This document shows, piece by piece, positions 37,172-45,481 of a DNA stretch of 64,000 nucleotides. Made by a program: the position numbers and the translations under genes. Position 1 is the first letter of the stretch. Every line of letters begins with the position of its first letter. Source of the DNA: Thermoplasmatales archaeon (GTDB taxonomy: Archaea; Thermoplasmatota; Thermoplasmata; Thermoplasmatales; GCA-001856825); the NCBI GenBank assembly GCA_038729485.1, contig JAVYRX010000005.1, forward strand, positions 1,417 through 65,416, read 5' to 3'. A model generated the notes under the pieces. That model did not search any database and was not told the origin of the DNA. It saw nothing but the letters and a program-made list of their open reading frames with translations.

Positions 37172-37522
37172 CTACACACACCCCGTAGGTTTAGGAGCCC
37201 CAGCCATCCTACAGGCTCCCTTTGCAGGGCCCGTTGGGAATAGCTGGTATATGGTCTTAAGATCAAATCCAGTACTTTTTGTAAGCATCCTAATCGGTGG
37301 GCAACTGTCGTAGGTTAGATAATATTCACGCAGATAATTTATGATCTTCCAGTGCTCGTCTGTGAGCGTTGAAATGCCCTCTTCTGCAGAAATCGCATTC
37401 ACAAATTCTGGGCACCAGTCTGCTGGGTTTAAGATAAAACCATCCTCGTCAATTTGTATGTCCTTGTAAGACCCATCTTTCAGCTTAACTTTTACAACTT
37501 TATTGTTGCTTTGCTCGGCCAT
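37172..37522 (-). CDS. dsrC: DsrC sulfur-carrier protein, both C-terminal cysteines present
   Basis: IDEDGF, LTDEHW.II.YLR.YY, LFP.GPAKGACRMAGAPKPTGCV (CX10C). AGGTG SD before ATG 37522. Confidence 0.96.
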   Translation of the reverse strand: MAEQSNNKVVKVKLKDGSYKDIQIDEDGFILNPADWCPEFVNAISAEEGISTLTDEHWKIINYLREYYLTYDSCPPIRMLTKSTGFDLKTIYQLFPTGPAKGACRMAGAPKPTGCV

Positions 37523-37550
37523 AAATAGCACCTAGCTTAGCATAGTAAAA

Positions 37551-37583
37551 TTAATTATCAATTGGACACCTTACAGATTAGGT
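37551..37583 (-). promoter_or_regulatory. Palindromic operator candidate plus TATA-like box of the dsr operon
   Basis: Minus strand: ACCTAA-TCTG-TAAGGT (37583-37568), 6 nt gap, then TTGATAATTAA. Confidence 0.55.
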
Positions 37584-38003
37584 AAAATACGACAGAATTG
37601 GCTTTAATCGCGTTGACGGTTGCGGCCTGGTCTAAAAAATTATATTCTATCTCAGCTGAAGCTTAAAAGTAATTACGCAGCCTTATTTTGTTTAACAGAG
37701 TATAATCCTTAAGAGATTATCAAAGTGTTCAAAGGATCTGAATAGGCTGCAGAATGATATTATTAAATACGAGACGTGGATAGTTCGCAACCGGATTATT
37801 AGAACGTTAAACAGTATTCTCACGACTGTAATTCTAGGCACATCGTAGCTTATTGATGTGACAGATCTAATTACTGCGTTAATAACCAGATGCGATGAAA
37901 CGTAGACCGATTGATTTCGTATACAAATTAAACAAATGGTTATAATTTATAGCAAATCTTCTGGATTGAACTCTAAAAACAAGCACAATTTTATTTTTCT
38001 CTG

Positions 38004-38023
38004 AATCCAGATTACTCTGGATT
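38004..38023. repeat. 8-bp perfect inverted repeat in the dsrC-dsrE intergenic region
   Basis: AATCCAGA-TTAC-TCTGGATT. Confidence 0.5.
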
Positions 38024-38171
38024 TTCAGTCTAGCTAGTTTTACTTTTTTCAATATGAAGAAATCAATGAATGAATAGATCTAAATTTCATAAAGAATCCA
38101 AGTGGATCAATTTCATAAATTTTATAGAATGGGCCTTGAATTATGTGGGGCTGTACCAAACCTTGGCGGTA

Positions 38172-38227
38172 CTTAAGCATTGGGCTATTATGCTTATTTC
38201 CCGAATGCTTAAGGGAGTGGATTAAAC
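38172..38227 (+). promoter_or_regulatory. 10-bp inverted repeat and operator-like site upstream of the DsrE-like gene
   Basis: CTTAAGCATT (38172-38181) / AATGCTTAAG (38204-38213). The right arm lies within CCCGAA-TGCT-TAAGGG, followed 6 nt later by TTAAAC, ~28 nt before the ATG. Confidence 0.5.
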
Positions 38228-38249
38228 TCTTAGATCAACATTTTAAACC

Positions 38250-38624
38250 ATGAGCCAAGGAGAGATCTCAAAGAACAAGAAGATAGCATTTTTTTCCATG
38301 GTTCCTCCAAGTGACAATGCAAGACTAGAAACAATGTTGGGCTATGCTAACGCAGCTGCGTTAATGGACTATGAAACTTTGATTTTCTTCTATCTAGATG
38401 GAGCCATAATAGGAAAGAAGCAGGTCTTTGAAAAATTGGATCAAAAAATTAGGGACAGAGTTAAGGAATCCCTGGACAACGAAGTCATATTACGAATATG
38501 CTCACTTGCAGCCAAGACGTTCGGAATAGACAAGTCCAATTTAGTCCCAGGGTTTGAAATAGCGGGAATAGCGTTTTTCTTTGCCTACGCTGAGGATGCC
38601 GATATAGTTCTTTCTTGGAGTTAA
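38250..38624 (+). CDS. DsrE/F-like (peroxiredoxin-family) sulfur relay protein
   Basis: IFFYLDGA, one Cys in RICSLAAKTFG, PGFEIAG...AEDADIVLSW; 124 aa DsrE-fold pattern. Confidence 0.8.
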   Translation: MSQGEISKNKKIAFFSMVPPSDNARLETMLGYANAAALMDYETLIFFYLDGAIIGKKQVFEKLDQKIRDRVKESLDNEVILRICSLAAKTFGIDKSNLVPGFEIAGIAFFFAYAEDADIVLSWS

Positions 38625-38659
38625 TAGAAGTACCAATTGAAGTGTTATCCCGGGTAATG

Positions 38660-39265
38660 TCACGACTCGTAAAGGTAGTTAGATACAGTTTTCTTTAATC
38701 CTCTTCTGAGCAGTTCTGAGAGAGAAGCGGGAGTAACGCCTAGGAAGTGAGAAAGCTCCGTCAATGATATCCTGCCTTCTATGTCAAAATAGCCTTTCCT
38801 AAGAGCTTCTTCCAATGCATATCTTTCCTTTTGGGTCAATTCCTGATGCATAAATGGTGAAACGCTCATTATTGTATATTTCAATCCCGTGTTATCCAAT
38901 TCCTTCTTGAAAAGCTTGAGATCCCCTCTTGAAGCAATTAGGAACCTGACTTGCACATGATTTTTGCCTATTGAATGTGTTCCGATAGGGTTTATGAAGT
39001 GGATTTTTGAGACCAAGCTGCAAACAGAGCAGCTAGGACTTTCTATCCAGAATGCTCCATTTCCGACCCTGCGGAGCTTGAGGTTTTTTAATCTGGAAAC
39101 ATCTATGGGGTCGCATGAGTCCGTCGGCTTAACTCTATGAAGCGTATAGTCAGGTCTCATGAGAAGCCTAACTATAGTGCAATTGACGTCGGCCAAGGCA
39201 TTTGTAACTATGCAGTCTTCCCTTTCAATTTCGACAACTACTTCCAGGGCAGTTTTGGCTGTCAT
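38660..39265 (-). CDS. Bat/HTH-10 family archaeal transcriptional regulator with CxxC in the N-terminal domain
   Basis: C-terminal LTQKE..ALEEALRKGYFD..GRISLTELS..LGVTPASLSELLRRG; SCSVC motif. Confidence 0.9.
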   Translation of the reverse strand: MTAKTALEVVVEIEREDCIVTNALADVNCTIVRLLMRPDYTLHRVKPTDSCDPIDVSRLKNLKLRRVGNGAFWIESPSCSVCSLVSKIHFINPIGTHSIGKNHVQVRFLIASRGDLKLFKKELDNTGLKYTIMSVSPFMHQELTQKERYALEEALRKGYFDIEGRISLTELSHFLGVTPASLSELLRRGLKKTVSNYLYES

Positions 39266-39448
39266 ATCACTTTACTACCCCTATGTATATTCCATTCATA
39301 AACCTTTTAGCATGTAATGTGGCAGAATTAACTTACGAACTTCGGTCAATCAAAATTCTTCATTCGAAATACAACCTCCAATAAATGTAGAGAATGAGAA
39401 AAATATGTCACATCACGCTTCTATAATTGGCAATTTTTAGAGCAGCAA

Positions 39449-39509
39449 GCCTTACGGATAAAGGTATAGTCTTTTATAATTTTCGTAAATTTAACCTTAT
39501 AGACTAGCT
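39449..39509 (+). promoter_or_regulatory. Two palindromic operator candidates flanking the TATA box of aprBA-qmoABC
   Basis: GCCTTA-CGGA-TAAAGG (39449-39464), 7 nt gap, TTTTATAA (39472-39479). Second copy ACCTTA-TAGA-CTAGCT (39494-39509) is 13/16 identical to the dsrC site. Confidence 0.55.
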
Positions 39510-39572
39510 TGGCCGTGCGTAAATCAACGCATGCCAATAGAAGAGGCTAGACTATAGGAGTTGTAGATAATA

Positions 39573-40025
39573 ATGCCGACTTATGTAAACCCAGAGAAAT
39601 GTGATGGTTGTAAAGCGCTAGCTAGAACTGCCTGTCAGTACATATGTCCAAACGACCTGATGCTGCTGGACATGACGAAAATGAAGGCATATAATCAGGA
39701 GCCAGATATGTGCTGGGAGTGCTTTTCATGTATAAAGACATGCCCAAAGGATGCAATTGAGGCAAGGGGATATGCGGATTTTGTCCCCCTTGGAGCAAAG
39801 GTTACACCTAAAAGAGGGACCGACTCAATTTTGTGGACCGTTAGGTTCAGAAACGGGAAGATCCTGAGATTCAAGTTTCCAATTAGGTCAACACCTTGGG
39901 ATTCTATTGATCCATTTCAGGGTTTTGAATCTCCCACTTTGAACATGCTAAAAGGTCCCGAATTAGCGGGTGGCCATGAATGCAAAGATCCCCAAAAGAT
40001 CACGCTAAAGAAAAAGGGAGCCTAA
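39573..40025 (+). CDS. aprB: Adenylylsulfate reductase beta subunit
   Basis: MPTYVNPEKCDGC...ACQYICPNDLM...CWECFSCIKTCP...RGYADFVP...WTVRFRNG..LRFKFPIR. Confidence 0.97.
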   Translation: MPTYVNPEKCDGCKALARTACQYICPNDLMLLDMTKMKAYNQEPDMCWECFSCIKTCPKDAIEARGYADFVPLGAKVTPKRGTDSILWTVRFRNGKILRFKFPIRSTPWDSIDPFQGFESPTLNMLKGPELAGGHECKDPQKITLKKKGA

Positions 40026-40039
40026 GGGGTGAAAAATAT

Positions 40040-41980
40040 ATGGCTGTTGAATCTTATAAGAAAATTGAAACCTATAAGGCATCCGATGTTCAGACAAAGG
40101 TAGTCGAGACTGATGTCTTGATAATAGGGGGAGGGATGTCAGGCTGCGGAGCGGCTTATGAAGCAGCTTACTGGGCTAAGGCAGCGGGAAAGAACGTAAC
40201 TCTTGTCGAGAAGGCCGCCATAGAAAGAAGTGGGGCAGTCGCCCATGGCCTCTCTGCAATAAATTGTTATCTTGGACTGTCAGGAAGGTCACAATTTACA
40301 AATAATAAACCAATAACGCTTGAAGAATTCGCCAGATACGTAACCCTTGATATGATGGGAGTCTCAAGAGAAGACCTTGTTGTAGACTATGCGAGAAACG
40401 TGGATGATTCTGTTCATCTCTTTGAGAAATGGGGCCTCCCGATATGGAAGGATGAGAACGGAAAATATGTCAGAGAGGGAAGATGGCAGATAATGATCAA
40501 CGGGGAATCGTACAAGCCTATAGTGGCAGAGGCAGCCAAGAAAGCAATAGGTGAAGCGAACATATACGAGAGGGTCTACATAACGCATCTCCTATTGGAT
40601 AAGGATGACAGGAGCAAGGTTGCTGGTGCGGTGGGATTCAGCGTGAGGGATCCGATATTCTACGTCTTTAAGGCTAAGGCCGTTATCATTGCCACAGGGG
40701 GAGCTACCGGCCTGTTTAGACCTAAGAGCACCGGTGAGGGAATGGGAAGAATATGGTACGCTGTTTTCAATACCGGCTCAGGTTACGCAATGGCAATAGA
40801 GGCAGGTGCACACACTACTCAGATGGAACACAGATTCATACCGACTAGATTCAAGGATGGTTACGGACCAGTTGGAGCATGGTTCCTCCTATTCAAGAGC
40901 AGGGCTACGAACGCGTATGGAATGGATTACACAGAAAATACAGCTGCAATAGAAAAATACAAGCCCTACGCCAACGCATCACCTGTACCTACGCCGCTTA
41001 GGAATCATCAGATGATTGAAGAGATGGTTCAGGGGCGCGGCCCAATATACATGAGAACTGAAGAAGCCCTCCAGAAGCTTTCAGCAGGTGACCCAAAGAA
41101 TACTAAAAAGTTGCTCGAAGATGCATGGGAGGATTTCCTAGATATGACAATAGATCAGGCACTCCTTTGGGCAGCCACCAATACGGAGCCAGAAAATGCA
41201 CCTTCTGAGATTGTTGCTGCGGAGCCATACCTGATGGGTTCGCACTCTGGATGTGCAGGCCTATGGGTGTGCGGTCCTGAAGATTTAATGCCAGATGAAT
41301 ACAAGAAATTGTTTCCCCTTTCGTATAACAGGATGACAACCCTAAAGGGGTTGTTTGCAATAGGCGACAACGCAGGTGCGAGCCCTCATAAATTCTCTAG
41401 CGGTTCATTTACTGAAGGAAGAATAGCGGGAAAGGAGGCAATAAGGTACGCAGTTGAACAGGGCGATGCAACAGTTGACGACTCTAAGATAGAAGAGCTG
41501 AAGAAGAAAATATTCAAACCGATGGAAACGTACGATCAATTCAAAAATGCTACGACCGCTGAGGAGGTTAATCCAAACTACCTATTTCCTAAGCAGACAT
41601 TATGGAGGCTCCAGAAACTCATGGACGAATATGCAGGCGGCCCTTCTACCTGGTTCAGGACAAATGACCACATGCTCAATGAGGGTCTTAAGAAATTGCG
41701 CCTTCTGAGGGAGGACATGGATAAGGTTGCAGCAAGAAACCTGCATGAGCTGATGCGAGCGTGGGAAATGAACCACAGGATAACCGTTGCTGAGGCACAC
41801 ATGGAGCACCTTAGATTCAGAAAAGAAACTAGATGGCCCGGGTATTACTATAGGACGGACTATCCGGAAATAAACGACAATGAATGGAAATGTTTCACCG
41901 TGGGGAGGAAGAATCCTGCAACAGGAAACTGGGACATTCAAAAGGTGCCTTTCATTCAGGTGGCAGATTACACAATCTGA
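40040..41980 (+). CDS. aprA: Adenylylsulfate reductase alpha subunit
   Basis: ERSGAVAHGLSAIN, WQIMINGESYK, RFKDGYGPVGAWFL, WEDFLDMT, HKFSSGS, ETRWPGYYYR. GGGGTGA SD before ATG 40040. Confidence 0.98.
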   Translation: MAVESYKKIETYKASDVQTKVVETDVLIIGGGMSGCGAAYEAAYWAKAAGKNVTLVEKAAIERSGAVAHGLSAINCYLGLSGRSQFTNNKPITLEEFARYVTLDMMGVSREDLVVDYARNVDDSVHLFEKWGLPIWKDENGKYVREGRWQIMINGESYKPIVAEAAKKAIGEANIYERVYITHLLLDKDDRSKVAGAVGFSVRDPIFYVFKAKAVIIATGGATGLFRPKSTGEGMGRIWYAVFNTGSGYAMAIEAGAHTTQMEHRFIPTRFKDGYGPVGAWFLLFKSRATNAYGMDYTENTAAIEKYKPYANASPVPTPLRNHQMIEEMVQGRGPIYMRTEEALQKLSAGDPKNTKKLLEDAWEDFLDMTIDQALLWAATNTEPENAPSEIVAAEPYLMGSHSGCAGLWVCGPEDLMPDEYKKLFPLSYNRMTTLKGLFAIGDNAGASPHKFSSGSFTEGRIAGKEAIRYAVEQGDATVDDSKIEELKKKIFKPMETYDQFKNATTAEEVNPNYLFPKQTLWRLQKLMDEYAGGPSTWFRTNDHMLNEGLKKLRLLREDMDKVAARNLHELMRAWEMNHRITVAEAHMEHLRFRKETRWPGYYYRTDYPEINDNEWKCFTVGRKNPATGNWDIQKVPFIQVADYTI

Positions 41981-42007
41981 ATTTTCCTTTTTATCCGGTG
42001 ACACCTA

Positions 42008-43255
42008 TTGAACGTGGATCTCCTGGTCATAGGGGCTGGGCCTTCCGGAATAACCGCCTCCCTTGAAGCTGCTGAATTGGGCTTAACAGTAGCCTTGGCG
42101 GAAAGAAACCCGTACATAGGAGGCCGGGTAGTCCAGTTTTTCAAATATTTTCCAAAGCTGTGCCCGCCACAGTGTGGTCTTGAGATATTCACTAAGAGAA
42201 TGAAGGCTTTAGGCAACATAAAGCTCTTAACAAATGCATCCGTGAAGAGCATCGTAAGGGATGGAGAATATTTAGATGCTAGAGTTCTGGTTCATCCAAG
42301 ATTTGTCAACGATAGATGTACGGCGTGTGGAAAGTGCGTTGATGTGTGTCCAGTAACGAGACCCGATAGCTTCAATCTTTCGTTGGGAAACACGAAAGCC
42401 ATATACCTCCCAAATTCCTATGCATACCCGTTCATTTATTCTATAGACGATAAATACTGCAAGGGAAAGGAATGTTCAAAGTGCGTCGAGGCCTGTCCGT
42501 ATGATGCCATTGACCTTGACGAAAGGGAAGAGGCAATAAAAATTGTATCTAAGTCCGTAGTTATAGCGACCGGTTGGGAACCATATGATGCAACAAAAAT
42601 TTATGGTCTAGGGTTTGGAAAGTATCGTAACGTCATTACAAATTTAATGCTGGAAAGGATGGCGTCTCCTAATGGCCCAACCAGAGGGAAGATTGTTAGG
42701 TTGTCTGACGGAAAAGAGCCTAAGAGAATTGCGTTCGTTCAGTGTGCTGGGTCTAGGGACGAGAATAATCTTCCTTACTGTTCCCAGATATGCTGTTTAG
42801 CTTCTATGAAGGAAGCGCAGTATATTCGTAGCCAGTGTAAAGAGTCTGAAGTGGAAATATTCTACATAGACCTTAGAGCATATGGTCTTAATGAAAATTT
42901 CCTGAGAAAGATCGTATCTGACAATTCCATTAAATTGACTAGAGGCAAGGTAACCAGGATAGCTGAAAATGAAACAGAAAACCTCCTAGTTAGAGCAGAA
43001 GACACTATTACTGGTAAGAAAATAACCGAGGAATTTGATCTTGTCGTTCTAGCGACCGGTATGGAGCCGACAGCCAAAAAAGAAGGCATAGAAGGCGTTA
43101 GCTATGACGAGTGGGGGTTTGTCGTAGATCAAGATGGAATATTCGGTTCGGGTGTAGCGGGGAGGCCAATGGACGTCAAGCAGTCTAATGAAATGGCTAC
43201 TGGAGTCGTATTAAAAGCCTTGCAGAAGGTCGCTGAGGTAAGGGGTAAGAAATGA
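42008..43255 (+). CDS. qmoA: QmoA (HdrA-like flavoprotein)
   Basis: IGAGPSG, YFPKLCPP.CG, VQCAGSRDE..LPYCS.ICC.AS.K; directly follows aprA. Confidence 0.93.
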   Translation: MNVDLLVIGAGPSGITASLEAAELGLTVALAERNPYIGGRVVQFFKYFPKLCPPQCGLEIFTKRMKALGNIKLLTNASVKSIVRDGEYLDARVLVHPRFVNDRCTACGKCVDVCPVTRPDSFNLSLGNTKAIYLPNSYAYPFIYSIDDKYCKGKECSKCVEACPYDAIDLDEREEAIKIVSKSVVIATGWEPYDATKIYGLGFGKYRNVITNLMLERMASPNGPTRGKIVRLSDGKEPKRIAFVQCAGSRDENNLPYCSQICCLASMKEAQYIRSQCKESEVEIFYIDLRAYGLNENFLRKIVSDNSIKLTRGKVTRIAENETENLLVRAEDTITGKKITEEFDLVVLATGMEPTAKKEGIEGVSYDEWGFVVDQDGIFGSGVAGRPMDVKQSNEMATGVVLKALQKVAEVRGKK

Positions 43256-45480
43256 AAGATGATGCAAGGGCATTCATATGTAAAGGGTGTGGCATTGGTG
43301 AAAGGTTGGACTTGGTAAAGTTGAAGGAGATAGCAGAAAAGGAATACTCTGCACAGACAGTGATCTGCGATCAACTTTGTAATGAATCTAGTGTGATCAG
43401 AGAGTGCTTGGCAAACGGAGCTAAAAAGGTGCTAATTGCGGCATGCACACAGCGTGAAAAAATACCAAATTTTCAATTTGAAAATGCAATCATTGAAAGG
43501 GTTAATCTGAGGGAAGGCGTAGTCTGGTCTCATAAGGGCGAGGATGATCAGCAGGGAATGGCAGAGGATTATATAAGGATGGGATTTGCCTCCCTCAAAA
43601 ATAAATCTCCCCCCAATCAACTCGAATTGGCTCAGTCTAAAGACATTTTGGTCATAGGAGGAGGGATCACAGGCATCACAGCCGCGTCAGAAATTTCAAT
43701 GGCTGGATATAATGCTTTCCTGGTGGAAAAAGAGGAGAAATTGGGTGGCAAATTGAACTTCTACGATAAAATACTCCCTATCCATTTCCCGTATACTGAT
43801 CTCATCGATGCTAAAAAATTCCTTGAAGAAAAGATGAAAGAGGTCAGCCAGCATAGCAATTTGAAAATATTGACGTCAAGCACAGTCACTAGCGTTACCG
43901 GTCAGCCTGGAGCTTTCTCTGTCGTTGTGAAGAACCCTAGTGGCGAGTTGAATCTTAATGTCGGAGCTATTGTTGTGGCGACAGGATGGAATCCATACGA
44001 TGCTAAGAAGATTACAAAATTAAAATATGGTCAAAGTCCGCTAATCATGACAAACGTAGAAATAGAAAGATACCTCTGCAAGAAGAAGAGCGAGCTGAAT
44101 TCGCAGGGATCTCCGAAATCGTTTGCTTTCGTTCTCTGTGCTGGTCAAAGGGACACAGAGAATATACCTTATTGTTCCTCTGTTTGCTGCCTCACTTCTT
44201 TGAAGGAAGCCCTCATGCTACGGAATAAGGTTAAGGAATCAAAGGTGTACATTTTTTACAAGGATATAAGGGCGCTTGGCATATATGAGGAGTTCTACAA
44301 AAAGGTGCAGAGGGATCCAAACATATTCCTTGCCAAAGCAAACGTAGAAGACATATCTTTTGAGGAAAATGAAAACAAGGTCATTCTGACGGTTCGTGAT
44401 ACGACCCTCAATGTTGATTTGGATGTTAGGGTTGACAGGGCCGTTCTTGCGGTTGGAATTCTTTCATCCATGTTAGGTCTATATAATGTGAAGGAAGAGC
44501 ATCCAGATTCGGGGCCCTTGATTTACGATCATCTCAACCCGGTACCGCTAAGTGAAGGTAATAGTGCTTTAGGAGGAGAGAGAATACTGAACTTGAAATA
44601 TAGACAGGGACCAGAACTGCCAACACTTAGCGACGGGTTCCCTGATTCACATTACATCTGTTTCCCCTACGAGTCTAGGAGAACTGGCATTTTCCCTGCA
44701 GGTACTGTTCGTTCTCCGTCTACGATTCTTGAATGCATGGAGGATGCAAGGGGTGCTGCATTGAAGGCGATAAAAACTGTGGAGCTTGCATTTAAGGGGG
44801 AGATAGTAGAACCTCCACGGGTCCTGGAAGCAGATCACATAACGATATCTCTTCAGAGATGCACACAATGTAGAAGATGTACGGAAGAATGCCCATTTGG
44901 CGCTCTCGACGAGGACGATAAGACATATCCACTCTATAATCCGTTGAGGTGTCGAGATTGCGGAATATGCATGGGAGCGTGTCCTGTACAGGCGATATCA
45001 TTCAATCTGTATTCCGTAGAGCAAATGCATAGCATGATAAAATCAATAAAAACCCCGGAAAAAGAAGACAAATTAAGGATACTTGTATTTGCTTGCGAAA
45101 ATGACGCTTATCCTGCACTAGATATAGCCGCGCAGAATGGCATAAAATATTCAGACGAAGTCAGGATCATTCCCGTAAGATGTCTTGGTTCTGTTAATTC
45201 AGTCCTTATAGCGGACGCACTTTCTGCAGGGATCGACGGGATCCTCATGTTAGGCTGCAAATATGGCAAGGATTACCAATGTCACTTCATAAGGGGCTCG
45301 GAACTCGCAAGCCTTCGCCTTGAAGGTCTCAAGGGTACGTTCGAAAATCTAGCTCTTGAGCCAGAACGTCTCAGTCTTCAACAAATTGAACTTTCCGACT
45401 GGAACAAGCTGTCAGGTGTCATAGATCAATTCGTCGGAACCGTAAGAACATTTGGACCAAATCCATATAGGGGGTTCTGA
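43252..45480 (+). CDS. qmoB: QmoB (HdrA-MvhD fusion)
   Basis: ERVNLREG, CAGQRD, YRQGPELP, SHYICFPYE.RRTGI, CTQCRRCTEECPFG, and MvhD-like CENDAYPA...CLGS...YQCHF. Confidence 0.95.
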   Translation: MKDDARAFICKGCGIGERLDLVKLKEIAEKEYSAQTVICDQLCNESSVIRECLANGAKKVLIAACTQREKIPNFQFENAIIERVNLREGVVWSHKGEDDQQGMAEDYIRMGFASLKNKSPPNQLELAQSKDILVIGGGITGITAASEISMAGYNAFLVEKEEKLGGKLNFYDKILPIHFPYTDLIDAKKFLEEKMKEVSQHSNLKILTSSTVTSVTGQPGAFSVVVKNPSGELNLNVGAIVVATGWNPYDAKKITKLKYGQSPLIMTNVEIERYLCKKKSELNSQGSPKSFAFVLCAGQRDTENIPYCSSVCCLTSLKEALMLRNKVKESKVYIFYKDIRALGIYEEFYKKVQRDPNIFLAKANVEDISFEENENKVILTVRDTTLNVDLDVRVDRAVLAVGILSSMLGLYNVKEEHPDSGPLIYDHLNPVPLSEGNSALGGERILNLKYRQGPELPTLSDGFPDSHYICFPYESRRTGIFPAGTVRSPSTILECMEDARGAALKAIKTVELAFKGEIVEPPRVLEADHITISLQRCTQCRRCTEECPFGALDEDDKTYPLYNPLRCRDCGICMGACPVQAISFNLYSVEQMHSMIKSIKTPEKEDKLRILVFACENDAYPALDIAAQNGIKYSDEVRIIPVRCLGSVNSVLIADALSAGIDGILMLGCKYGKDYQCHFIRGSELASLRLEGLKGTFENLALEPERLSLQQIELSDWNKLSGVIDQFVGTVRTFGPNPYRGF

Positions 45481-45481
45481 G

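Noticed and set aside
38250-38624. DsrE-like gene as proof of reverse (oxidative) Dsr metabolism
   Set aside because: No dsrF/H or dsrL, and DsrAB motifs look archaeal reductive-type; a lone DsrE-fold protein is not diagnostic.
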